From NCBI GenBank assembly GCA_002269645.1, contig NIVC01001092.1, positions 1 through 64,000 on the forward strand: a stretch of 64,000 bases of DNA, read 5' to 3'. Shown here piece after piece: positions 37,071-48,495 of the stretch. Made by a program: the position numbers and the translations under genes. Origin of the DNA: Macrostomum lignano (Eukaryota). A model generated the notes under the pieces. The model saw only the letters and a program-made list of their open reading frames with translations, did no database searches and had not been told where the DNA came from. Position 1 is the stretch's first letter; every line of letters starts with the position of its first letter.

Positions 37071-37167
37071 CTATCGCGAGTAATGCAAGAGGGACAGGAA
37101 AAGATAATGGTGAAAATAGGTCATAAGTCAACTGAATTTTCTATTGTAAGTATTTACGTATACTTAC

Positions 37168-39882
37168 TTAAGTATTTATTGTAAGTAAGTAAGTATTTAT
37201 GAAAATACTTACCGTGTAGTCTAACAGGTTGCTTCCCAACAAACTTTGACGATGCTCTTGCGTTACGGGAATATCCGTTCCAGAGCCAGGAAGGGTGAAG
37301 AGAATCTGGCTATTATCGCTTTGCACCGTTCTTCCTTTCTGCCGCGTGCTCCTCTTGCTTTGCCACCTGCTTCTACTGTTATCTGCGGTTCCATTTTGAC
37401 TGGAATTTTTATTGGGTCTGTTCCTACCAGCTGTGCATCCCGGAAGTTTTGATTTTGGGTTGCTCTGTTGGGACTGACTGCTACTCTTTTCCGTTTCGTC
37501 AGGATCGGCGACATTAGCAAAATACTGATTGCTACTAGTATCTGAGTATCTTGAACGCTTGCTATTTCTCGACCTTTTTTGCCAACCTTCAGTTGCAGCT
37601 TCTTCTGAGATTGATGACTTCCTTTTTCTGCAAAAACTTGGAGCAGGTACTTTGCTCGAGATGGTGCACTCTGAAACTCTACGAAGTACAAAGGGTACAT
37701 AATTCTCTACGAAGGTACTCAGCCTGGACTTGGTGTTAAATCGACTTTTCACAGAAGAAAACCAACTCTCCACATGAGCATTTGAGTAAAAAGACTTTGA
37801 ATTTTTAGCAATCAAATGATTCCATGTAAATATAGCCCATAGAGGGAGGATGGACAGGTATCTAAGCAAGAAAAAGTTTATCAATCGAGGGTTGTAGAAT
37901 TCATTATCTGTCAGATGCGAATGACCGGTTTTATGCGCGAGAGTATTTTGAATTGTGGTAAATTCCTTTTTAAAGTATTCGTAGTATGGAGAATTTTTCA
38001 GTATCGCGTCACCTTCCGCGTTCATACTTGCATGATCCTTGTCTTGAAGTATAAATGAGTCTTTGTTGATTGATTCGGAATACTCTGGAACATGGCCATC
38101 TCTCAGAAAATTTGCTACCCTAGTTCTAGCAGCAACGGTTTGCTCGGCATACGGAGATCCAAATATAATAAGCGTGTCCATGATGAAGTTGACGGATAGT
38201 TTTTGCGTACTGGAATACTGAATTAAAGAAAATAACTTCAAAAATAGCTGACGGCTTCGCTGGTTCAAGGAGTGTTTTTTGCAGTGGTCCGAAATTGACT
38301 TTATAATATGATTGCTACACAGAAAAACGCCATATTGAATCTCGCTAGGGGTGTCCGTAATAAAGTAATTGTAATGCATTTGGATGTACGTTGTCACGTC
38401 CGTGTGGTGGAAGTCTAAGCATGAATGAATTTGCGCCCATGAAAAGTCGGAAATAAAAAGAATATTTAGGTCAACAGAAAAAGGTGAGTTTACACAGTGC
38501 AGAATTCTATGGCGGAGGAGTTTTAGAAAGTGAGAAATGGATGCAACGTTATGGGAGTCTGTAATCATATTCCCAACTGGCGACGATGGAACAGAATCAG
38601 TAGCAGTTGTGATGACAGAATAGAGTAGAACAGGATGAGGTGAACAGTTTTTTTCTATTAACGAGCCAGTAGCGTCGATATGCAGCACTGTTGGAGTACG
38701 AGCTGACATAATTGCTCTAAGAAGCTGTATTTCAAGGTTGGACAATAATACAACACGTAGTGGATCTAAACTACGCTCCATTATGACTCCAGGAAAAATC
38801 GGATGCGGATATCGAAGTTTAAAAATGTCTTGTAGACCTCCAAGCTCAACAAAAAGAACAGAGTGTAACCTCTCGTCTTTCTCCATTTTACTTTTTAAAT
38901 TATACATCACAGTTTTGGTTTTGCACGCATCAAAGTTGCACGACAGAATGAATGGTAAATTTTCGATCGCAAGAAAGCGTCTTCTGAATGCTTCAACGGC
39001 ACCGGCCTCTTTTATATCGTCGTAAATTTCACGTTTTTCTGATTCGGTCGTTCTACGAAAACAACTAGCCGTAGCATCTTGATGGTTTAACCTTCCCGTG
39101 ATAATAACCTCCCAAGACCATGTTGTTCCGTCAACACGTGGTGGTCTTCTCATTATTAAAGCGTAATTTCTTCTGCATCCTTCAATTTTGCATTCCGCTC
39201 TAATTGTCCAAAAATTCTGCTTACTTTTTCTTGAATTCTGCTTTCGAATGTGATTATAGCCCGTCATCCTCAAACAGCACGTAGCGACTTGTCGCATAGC
39301 ACGGCAAACTGCTTCATTAAGAAAACTTTTTGAAAACGTATACTTTGGTCCAGATTGACTATCTTCCACCGATAGGTTAATTTTGCAGATATCACTCTCC
39401 GATAGTTCGATCCGATTCTCCCCAGTTTCATCAGAACTTTCCTCAACTTCTGGTGGTTGTTCGTTTGACGTCGATTGTGATGAGCTTGTAGCATTCAAAT
39501 CTACTTGTACACGCGTTGTTCTCTCTTCTCTATTCTCTGCGTTGCAAAAATCTTCGCTTTTCTGTCCATCGTCGTTTTCTACTATAGGGTCGCTGGGTTC
39601 ATAAATCGTTTTATCAGCCTGACGTCTCCCGTTTAACGTTGAATGTTTTTGGCCAGCTGTATTATATGCACGTCTATTTTTCGATCTCTGAGCTTTCTTT
39701 CCTTGGACTTTTCCAGTCGGTTTATTTTTCTTGCTCTTCTGGCTACATGCACTGTTGGAACGTCCTGCAGCATCAGTCGTCTCAGTTGACCGGGGTACAT
39801 GTAGCGACCTATTCATTAGACCCCAAAGATATACCCGCGATCGCAGTCGGTTTCGAATTTTGAGTGCCCGACATAAGAACAC
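37168..39882 (-). CDS. MULE/NOF-like DDE transposase, main exon (first ATG at 39816, splice donor at 37213)
   Basis: 904-codon open frame with LHIDATGSLI (first catalytic Asp), FISDFSWAQI (second Asp), the Mutator-type CxxH motif FLCSNH, and a candidate catalytic Glu in NAHVESWF. An upstream WTIRAECKIEGC segment looks like a DNA-binding or zinc domain. Confidence 0.85.
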   Translation of the reverse strand: MFLCRALKIRNRLRSRVYLWGLMNRSLHVPRSTETTDAAGRSNSACSQKSKKNKPTGKVQGKKAQRSKNRRAYNTAGQKHSTLNGRRQADKTIYEPSDPIVENDDGQKSEDFCNAENREERTTRVQVDLNATSSSQSTSNEQPPEVEESSDETGENRIELSESDICKINLSVEDSQSGPKYTFSKSFLNEAVCRAMRQVATCCLRMTGYNHIRKQNSRKSKQNFWTIRAECKIEGCRRNYALIMRRPPRVDGTTWSWEVIITGRLNHQDATASCFRRTTESEKREIYDDIKEAGAVEAFRRRFLAIENLPFILSCNFDACKTKTVMYNLKSKMEKDERLHSVLFVELGGLQDIFKLRYPHPIFPGVIMERSLDPLRVVLLSNLEIQLLRAIMSARTPTVLHIDATGSLIEKNCSPHPVLLYSVITTATDSVPSSPVGNMITDSHNVASISHFLKLLRHRILHCVNSPFSVDLNILFISDFSWAQIHSCLDFHHTDVTTYIQMHYNYFITDTPSEIQYGVFLCSNHIIKSISDHCKKHSLNQRSRQLFLKLFSLIQYSSTQKLSVNFIMDTLIIFGSPYAEQTVAARTRVANFLRDGHVPEYSESINKDSFILQDKDHASMNAEGDAILKNSPYYEYFKKEFTTIQNTLAHKTGHSHLTDNEFYNPRLINFFLLRYLSILPLWAIFTWNHLIAKNSKSFYSNAHVESWFSSVKSRFNTKSRLSTFVENYVPFVLRRVSECTISSKVPAPSFCRKRKSSISEEAATEGWQKRSRNSKRSRYSDTSSNQYFANVADPDETEKSSSQSQQSNPKSKLPGCTAGRNRPNKNSSQNGTADNSRSRWQSKRSTRQKGRTVQSDNSQILFTLPGSGTDIPVTQEHRQSLLGSNLLDYTVSIFINTYLLTINT

Positions 39883-40539
39883 ATAAAGTGGTGTAGAGTG
39901 ACGAAAGCCAGTTGGAGGAGGATAAATTCTACTGGCTTCTACCAGGACAGATTGAGCCTAAAATAGGAATAACCCATTTAAAATTACGGATAAAGATCCA
40001 GTTTCGACATTGCATGCATTCAGAAAGTTATGAAACTGCAAATACCTGCTCTTTTGATGGCAGTCCAAAACAGAAAGTTACTAGAATTGTGGTCAGTACT
40101 ACGAAGAAAAATACGAGTCCACGAGTCCACATATTTGAAAAATTCAATGGTCAGTTAAGTTATTGCTTATATAGAATCTAGTATTCGTTCAAGAGAAAAT
40201 GAGAAAATTTACTTAGAATTGAAATTAAAGAAGCAACTAGTAAGTGGGACGCAGGGACCAAGCGTGCAGGTCTACATTTATCAGAGATTAAACTAAAAGA
40301 GAGGGGTGGGGAGTGTGCTGATAGAAAAATAGGGGTGGGTGCGCGACTAAAGAAAGAGACGATAATAAATAGCCAATCAGAATGCAGCAAGGGAGAGAGA
40401 TAGCTGGACAGAGAGGCAAAAAACAGTAAACAGGACGAGTGCACATGAACTGAAGATAGATATAAGAAAGTAGCTACGCAATATAGGTTGTTAGACTGCT
40501 GGAGTGCAGTGGAGCTGGAGATACACAAATTCCTCTCAG

Positions 40540-40631
40540 GGCTGCAAATTGGAGGAGAAAGAAGAGAGATGAAATGAGGAGAAGAGAGAGTAGAAAGTAG
40601 AGATGAGAGAGATGAGATGAGACAGAGAGAG

Positions 40632-40694
<63 letters not shown>

Positions 40695-41780
40695 AGAGAA
40701 GAGATAGATGAGATGGGAGAGAGAGGGAAGAGGAGAAAGTAGAGATGAGAGAGAAGAGAGTAGAGATTAGAGAGTGGAGAGAGAGGAGAGAGGAGAAAGT
40801 AGAGATGAGAGAGAAGAGATTAGAGATTAGAGAGTGGAGAGAGAGGAGAGAAGAGATTGGAAGAGAGGAGTCATAAGAGGGGAAAGAAAATAGTACAGAG
40901 GAGAGATTTGAGAACATATAAGAGTAAAGATAACAGAATAGAGAGTAGAGATGATCGAGAGAGCAGATACGAGAGTGAACAGACGACAGATGGTAGAATA
41001 GAGAACAGCGGAGATAGAAGTGATAAGAGAGAATCTATTACAGACACGAAAGCAGAGAGGAGAGACAAAGGGAGAGAGAGAAGTGGAGTGAGGAAAGAGG
41101 AGAAAAGATGGGAGAGAATCGAGAGCAAAAGGGAGAGAGGGGAAAGGGAGAGACAGGGGAGAGGAGAGGAAAGAGAAGAACGGAGAGGGGAGAGAATATA
41201 GTAAGGAGATGAGAGATGGGAGAGCAGAGAACAGAGAGATGAGTGGAGAGATAAGAGCGAGGGAGAGAGAGATGGAGAGGAGAGGTGAGAGTAGTGGAGG
41301 AAGTTGAGAGAGGAGAGATGATAAAAGGAGACTACAGATCAGATAATGAGAGAGAGTATGAGGCAGGAAAGATATATTACAGAGGATTGAGACGAGAGAG
41401 GAGAGAGTAAAGAGATGATAGAAGAGATGAGAGACGAGAGCAGATCGGGGGAGAGTAGAGAGAAGAGATCGGAGAGAGGAGAGAAGTGGGAAGTGTCAAG
41501 AAAGAGGGGAGAGTGAGGAGTGAGAATTTATACAGAGGGGAGAGAGAATAGAGAGTAGAGAGCAGAGATAAATAAGAAGAGATAAGAGAGCAGAAAATAA
41601 GAAGAGAAAGGAGAGATGATAAAGCAATGAGAGAGAAGAGAGTAGAAAAACCAAAGAAAGATAAGGAGAGACAAGAAAAGATCGGGGAGAAGGAAGAAAT
41701 AAAGGAGAGAGGAAAAAAGAGATGAGATGAGATGGGAGGGAAAGGATGAGAGACGATAGAGAAGAGAGGAAACAGTAGAG
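40540..41780. repeat. GA-rich low-complexity tract inside the transposon
   Basis: Purine-rich + strand including a pure (GA)n run at ~40635-40690. Confidence 0.9.
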
Positions 41781-42059
41781 AATTGACTGAAGTTTCAAAG
41801 GAATCTAGGGACGTAGGGAGGCGCAGGGACAGAGGCCGGAGTTTGCCAATACTTGTTTTAAGACAGACATTGCCTGACATTCTTGGGCAACACCACAAGC
41901 CAACATGTGATTAATGCTTGCCTCAAATTCTAATTTTATACGAACTTATACTCCACTTTTATTTTTAACTCTATCCTATAATTATTAACAAGTTCTGTGT
42001 TTGAGTATAACTTCATATTCTGGAACACAAGCAAAAGTAGTTCCGGCTGGGATTGGAAT

Positions 42060-43009
42060 TCATATACAATGCATTATAAATACGAGCACCTTTAAAACTC
42101 TTGCCATTCCGCTTTGCGTGGTCTGATGGACTTGAAGTTTCACAAAGATGTTTGTTTTGTGTGTAATAATTTTTCTGTAAATTTTCATGCAAATCCGAGC
42201 TGTACAAGTGTTGCAAATGAGCATACATGTTATACACTGTGCGCATATACAATGCATTATAAATACGAGCACCTTTAAAACTCTTGCCATTCCGCTTTGC
42301 GTGGTCTGATGGACTTGAAGTTTCACAGAGGTGTTTGTTTTGTGTGTAATAATTTTTCTGTAAATTTTCATGCAAATCCGAGCTGTACAAGTGTTGCAAA
42401 TGAGCATACATGTTATACACTGTGCGCATATACAATGCATTATAAATACGAGCACCTTTAAAACTCTTGCCATTCCGCTTTGCGTGGTCTGATGGACTTG
42501 AAGTTTCACAGAGGTGTTTGTTTTGTGTGTAATAATTTTTCTGTAAATTTTCATGCAAATCCGAGCTGTACAAGTGTTGCAAATGGGCATACATGTTATA
42601 CACTGTGCGCATATACAATGCATTATAAATACGAGCACCTTTAAAACTCTTGCCATTCCGCTTTGCGTGGTCTGATTGACTTGAAGTTTCACAGAGGTGT
42701 TTGTTTTGTGTGTAATAATTTTTCTGTAAATTTTCATGCAAATCCGAGCTGTACAAGTGTTGCAAATGGGCATACATGTTATACACTGTGCGCATATACA
42801 ATGCATTATAAATACGAGCACCTTTAAAACTCTTGCCATTCCGCTTTGCGTGGTCTGATGGACTTGAAGTTTCACAGAGGTGTTTGTTTTGTGTGTAATA
42901 ATTTTTCTGTAAATTTTCAAGCAAATCCGAGCTGTACAAGTAGGTTTATTTTGTTGCATTTGTTAGAAATTGAATATCAATACGAATATCTATGGGGAAA
43001 CAGATACGT
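42060..43009 (-). repeat. Right terminal inverted repeat (~4.8 x 183-bp units plus terminal segment)
   Basis: TGTACAAG at 42201, 42384, 42567, 42750 and 42933 (exact period 183). Confidence 0.92.
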
Positions 43010-46000
43010 GATGTTGTAATAGAATTGTATAATATTATAGGGCCTAATCATTCCCTTTGGCCTTAGCTTTTTGTAGCCTGACCTAGGGACCTATAGATAT
43101 TTATCCACTATATAAAGCAAGTAACCTAACACAAAATAAATACCTTATTGCATATTTATCCCAACTTTTTGCATATCTAGCATTATCACTAGGCACTAGC
43201 AATGGTTTTTCGATAAACTGAAAGTGATAGATTTTTTAGATGTAATGATAGAGAATACATTGTCATTGGCACAAACACTAAAAAAGATTAGGTTTTTGTA
43301 TTATAGGTAATTAGTTTCAAATCTATTACTGTTTTTTTTATAAATATGATTGATTAAACATTATAAACAATAGCTATTAGGCCTATATTGCTAATTAGGT
43401 AATGATAGTAAAAGAGTATAATCTAGTAGATAATATTGAGTAGAGATTCAATATTGTGGCCATCTTAGTGCGTGGCCATCTTGGTCTTTGTCTTCATCTT
43501 GGTTCATCTTAAATTCATACTGGTCTATGACCTAAGCTAAGCCTAGTTTATATGTTGACCTATTCATTGGTTGTCTATTTACTTATCTCTAATCTAGTCA
43601 ATTGGCATATTTGTAGTAGTCAAATATAAAATATATGTAGGCCTAGTGCAACTCAGCCTCAGTATGATGCTGTTTTCTTCTAGGGAAATTTACTGAACAA
43701 AAAAGGGTTTCTGACTTAAATATTTGGCATAGACTCAAAAGGGTAGGCCTAGGAATGATAGGCCCTAGCCTAATATATAAAAATAGGCTTAAAGTTAATT
43801 TACAGCATCTAGGCTATATTATCAATTATCATGTAATACTGTTGAAAGATAAGCCATTTTTGGTGCAGACAGACATAGGCCTAAGCCATGGTCTAGATTG
43901 TGTAATAGTGTACCTTGGAACAAAAATCCTATCTCAGCTAAATGTATGCCAATATACACCAATTTTGGAGGTTGCGCATATATGTATGTAACCTTCTAGA
44001 GTCTGGGGCTGAGGCCTAGGGACTCTAGTAATTTAAAAAATATTTTAATTCTATTTAAAAAGTATTACTTGCAAAAATTAAATGACTCTTACTTTTTAGT
44101 TTTAGGATTTAGTCAAGCAAGAAAAGTTATATTATGAAACTTATTGTATTTAATTTTTTAATAGTTTATTTTTTGTATATTTTGCTTATTATGCATTGTA
44201 ATCATTCTTGCCCAAAAAACTTGATAATATATGTATTTAGTAAAATTAATAATGATTTTTATATAACTTAATATAATATATCCAAGATATTAGCCTATCT
44301 AGCTAAGCATTGGGTTGCCTCAGAATTCTCTTCTTTGAATTCGCTTCTTTACACTCGTAATTCTTTTCTCAAATTCACTTCTACAAACTTTGTGCCTATC
44401 AGCGCTTTGAGAGTGTGGCTAGACTTTAAATCATCCAATGGTAAGAAGTACTTACCTCTGCTGCTAATGCACTTACTTCAACTTCTTTTGCCTCAACTCT
44501 TCTCATATTCTTTATTATTTATAACCTAATATAGCTTGTATAATAGAAATTCAACAAAATAAATTTTTAAACCAAATCAATTTGATTCAAATGCTTGATA
44601 AAACTGATTCAAATACTAAATAATACTAAATATAAATATTTCAGTCAATAATATGCCTACTTTTGTACTCATTAGTCATCTGCCAATAGTGCTAATTGAT
44701 TATTAAATTAATTAATTCTAGATAATTTGGTATCAAAGCAATTCTAAATGTGGACTAACTTTCATTGTTTTATTTTCTTGAGAAAAATGACCACATAGGT
44801 ATAAGCACTTTGGTAGAGTCAAGCATTGCAATGATTAAACTTTTATAGAAATGTCTAGCTATACTCACTGTTAGAAGCATATGCTATTTAATATCCAGTC
44901 CTATACCCCTCAACTTATAGGCCTACATCTTCTTATCTAATAAAATGTGCTTTAGACCAAATTCGTCCCTATCCTTACTAAGTTTGTAGTAATCAGTGCC
45001 CCTAAATCCATGTTCTATAAACTTGATTCTTAATGTTCCATTTCTAACACTGCTAATCCTCATAAAGCCTGAGTACTCAATCTGAGCACAATGTGCTTGC
45101 AACTGCTCAAGCACTCCTGCCTTTCCATACAATATGCTATATGTTGTCCTATCCTTAATCATTAATGAGACACAAGCCCACAACCCCTAATACTTTTGAC
45201 TTCTTCAAAGGCAAATTTCTCAGTCCTTAATTTGCTAACTCCTATTTATCCCCAATTTCTTGTTTTCATTTATGAGGCACAAAGCCAATACTCAACTCTT
45301 GATCTGTTCCAAATCTTTGCCCTGCATTAAAGTGACTTTTTAGTATTTGGTTTGTCAATTTTCCAACTCCAAGTTGAACCAAATATTCTGAATATTTGTC
45401 CTATTTCTGATATATAATACTGGTACCATATTATATATTATTAGTGGTATATTGTATATTATTGGAAGCGTACTATATATTAATCGTTGCATATTGTGTA
45501 TTATGTTTCTCTTAGTCTAGGGAATCACTAGGAACTGAGGGTCACAGTTTATTCTAGTAGATATATTATAAGATGGTATCTTAAATCTAGGTGTTTAATT
45601 TCTAAATAATTTTTAATTCTTACTAATTCTTAAGCTTTTGATAATGATATTCCTATTAATTACTTAAACATAATTAAAACAGATCAATTATTAGCTAGCT
45701 TTGGCTGTTTCTATAGTTTTCTTTGTGGTTATTGTTTGCATACAAATGCTTAGGTAAAGCTGGCTTGAGGTTCTTGTTGGCAGTTTTTGTAAAATTTAGA
45801 AAGGTTTTAAAACAAATTTACATAATATTTTTAGTATTGGGCCCAGTTTAACAAGTTTTTAAAGAAACAAAAAATTCTTAGAAATTAAATTTTTCCCTTT
45901 GACATATATCAATTGACTGATATTTGGAATAAATCATTTTTAATTTATAATGTTTGCGCTAGGAATTAAGTCTCCTGATCAGCTGAAAAATGTAAACTCT

Positions 46001-46045
46001 ATATAGTGCATTGAAGCTTAGTGTTCGATCACAATTTCAGCTCAT

Positions 46046-47837
46046 ATGGGTGGCTGTTGCTGCAAGGAGGAGGCTGGCTCTGACAGTGGAGAAAGAGACC
46101 GCCTCCTGACCAATCCTGTATCAGATGATGACGATGACAATGTGTAAGTCTGATCATACTTTGTGTCTTGGAACTTTTAATTTAACCCAATTGCTTTAGG
46201 AAAATTGAATTATTATAGAACTAAATCTCAACCAATTGCTTTCTGAGGGTCTACGACTATTGAGTGCCAGTGACAATTGACAAGTGACATTTGGCAGCCA
46301 GGGACATTTGACTGCCAGTGACATTTGACTGCCAGTGACATTTGACTGACAGTGACATTTGACTGCCAGTGACATTTGACTGCCAGTGACATTTGAATGT
46401 TAGTGACATTTGACTGCCAGTGACATTTGACTGCCAGTGACATTTGACTGCCAGTGACATTTGACTGACAGTGACATTTGACTGCCAGTGACATTTGACT
46501 GACAGTGACATTTGAATGTTAGTGACATTTGACTGCCAGTGACATTTGACTGCCAGTGACATTTGACTGACAGTGACATTTGACTGCCAGTGACATTTGA
46601 CTGACAGTGACATTTGAATGTTAGTGACATTTGACTGCCAGTGACATTTGGCAGCCAGGGACATTTTACTGTCAGTGACATTTGAATGTTAGTGACATTT
46701 GACTGCCAGTGACATTTGACTGCCAGTGACATTTGACTGACAGTGACATTTGAATGTTAGTGACATTTGACTGCCAGTGACATTTGACTGCCAGTGACAT
46801 TTGACTGCCAGTGACATTTGACTGACAGTGACATTTGACTGCCAGTGACATTTGACTGACAGTGACATTTGACTGCCAGTGACATTTGACTGACAGTGAC
46901 ATTTGACTGACAGTGACAATTGACTGCCAGTGACAATTGACGGCCAGTGACAATTGACTGTCAGTGACATTTGGCAGCCAGTGACATTTGGCAGCCAGTG
47001 ACATTTTACTGCCAGTGATTATTGACTGACAGACATTTAACTACCAACCCTAGCCCTAACCCTAAACCTAATCCCTAGACCCTAACCTTAATAGTCTGCA
47101 GTAAAATGACATAAAACCGCTTCTTCTAGGGTATGAAAATTCACTGGCCTCAGAAACCTTGAGCAGCCCATTTGCTGTGCTGCAGTTAAAGAAGCGCAAT
47201 TTTAAAGTTAGGCTGCACTTGAAGCAGAAAAGACGATTTTTATGCAATATTTTATACATTTAGCTATATGGAATTATAGCTCTTGAAACAATTTAAATTC
47301 GTACAATTGATCAGCCAGCGCTGCAAGTTAAGCAGATTCGGCCGAGGTTAGTTTGCAATCAAGCTACAATTGCGACTTGTAATTAGTGCTTCAAATTTTT
47401 CTAGCCCGCAGCCCAACGGAGGCGGCGCTGGCGGTGGCCCGGGCAAGTCGGACCGGCCGGACGTGCAGGCGGCGCTGTCGCAGATTCTCGAGAACGTGGC
47501 CGTACAGGTGATTGACATCGGCCAGACCGGGCCGCAGGTTGTTGAACGCCAGGAGTACACGCAGCGGGCCAGGCAGCTGCTAAGGGCTGGCAGCGAGCGG
47601 CTGCGCGGACATCAGCAACCGAAACGGCGTCTGCCTGTTCTGGGCGTCGGTGGAAACAGCGGCGGCACCGGCGCTGCGCCGTCATTGGCCGACACTCTGG
47701 GCCGGGAGTCGCCGCCGTCAGCTACAGACTTGGCCTTGGCGGCGGAGCTGGCCAGGAGAATAGCGGAGGCGGCCCTGTCCGTGTCTGTCAGAGTGCCTGA
47801 GGATCTGCTGGTGATGTTCGGTGTGGCATCTGCTTAG
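46046..47837 (+). CDS. LAMTOR1: Ragulator subunit LAMTOR1 (p18), two exons: 46046-46143 and 47405-47837
   Basis: Exon 1, not in the ORF track, reads MGGCCCKEEAGSDSGERDRLLTNP (myristoyl Gly2, palmitoylatable Cys residues, acidic dileucine signal). Phase-2 intron GT|GTAAGT...TTCTAG|C. Exon 2 has QAALSQILENVAVQVIDI...ERQEYTQRARQ and VRVPEDLLVMF, matching LAMTOR1. Confidence 0.88.
46262..47040. repeat. 17-bp minisatellite in the LAMTOR1 intron
   Basis: Unit G(C/A)CAGTGACATTTGACT with a TGAATGTT variant; followed by degenerate CCCTAA-like repeats at ~47044-47090. Confidence 0.95.
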
Positions 47838-48261
47838 CTTCGAACTGTTGCAATATATATATATTCTATTCTGCATTAAATAGTCTAGGGATGCTGAGAG
47901 CTTAGCGGTTCTATTATGGGTTTTATGATTTCCGTAAAAATCACGATTATGCCATTAGTGAGATGGATTCGAAACATGCCAACAATTCTTTCCATGTACT
48001 TGCATAGCACAAAATTCAATGCTGCGGATACTAGAATAACTAGACATGTCAAAATTAAAGTTGTGAAAAAGCATAGCGTCTACTCTTTACTCTTCTACTC
48101 TTTTTCAGTAGTTTTCTTGGGTAGTGTCACTTAAATGTAATGTGGCAGCTAGAATTTCTTTTCCTTCAGGGTTTGTAGCCTCGGAAGCATGAGGTTAAGA
48201 ATGAACAACAAGCAGTTAATTCAATATACACAAGTGAACGCAAGACAGACGAAACTCAGTC

Positions 48262-48495
48262 TAGGGGAGCAGGCCTAATCTAGCTCAGCCAATGAGAGAG
48301 CAATAAGGAGAGAGGTCAGCCTAGGGGGCAGGCCCAATCTAGCTCAGCCAATGAGAGAGCAGTAAGGAGAGAGGTCAGCTTAGGTGGGCAGGCCCAATCT
48401 AGCTCAGCCAATGAGAGCGCAGTAAGGAGAGAGATCAGTCTAGGGGGGCAGGCCCAATCTAGCTCAGCCAATGAGAGCGCAGTAAGGAGAGAGAG
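48262..48495. repeat. 60-bp tandem repeat, 4 copies
   Basis: GGCCCAATCTAGCTCAGCCAATGAGAG at 48331, 48391 and 48451, plus a variant at ~48271. Confidence 0.9.

Larger units (their letters stand above)
34141..43009 (-). mobile_element. Foldback-type Mutator (MULE) DNA transposon, NOF-FB/Rehavkus-like, ~8.9 kb
   Basis: Inverted ends begin ACGTATCTGTTTCCCCATAGATATTCG (34141) and end CGAATATCTATGGGGAAACAGATACGT (43009), and contain 183-bp tandem units. The interior holds a transposase ORF and Ulp1 protease exons. No target-site duplication was found. Confidence 0.8.

Noticed and set aside
46228-47004. Cys/His-periodic ORFs resembling zinc-finger arrays
   Set aside because: The periodicity comes from the 17-bp intronic repeat of LAMTOR1; spacing does not match any finger motif.
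47044-47090. Telomere-like CCCTAA repeats
   Set aside because: Only ~7 degenerate units; too short to call an interstitial telomere or fusion site.
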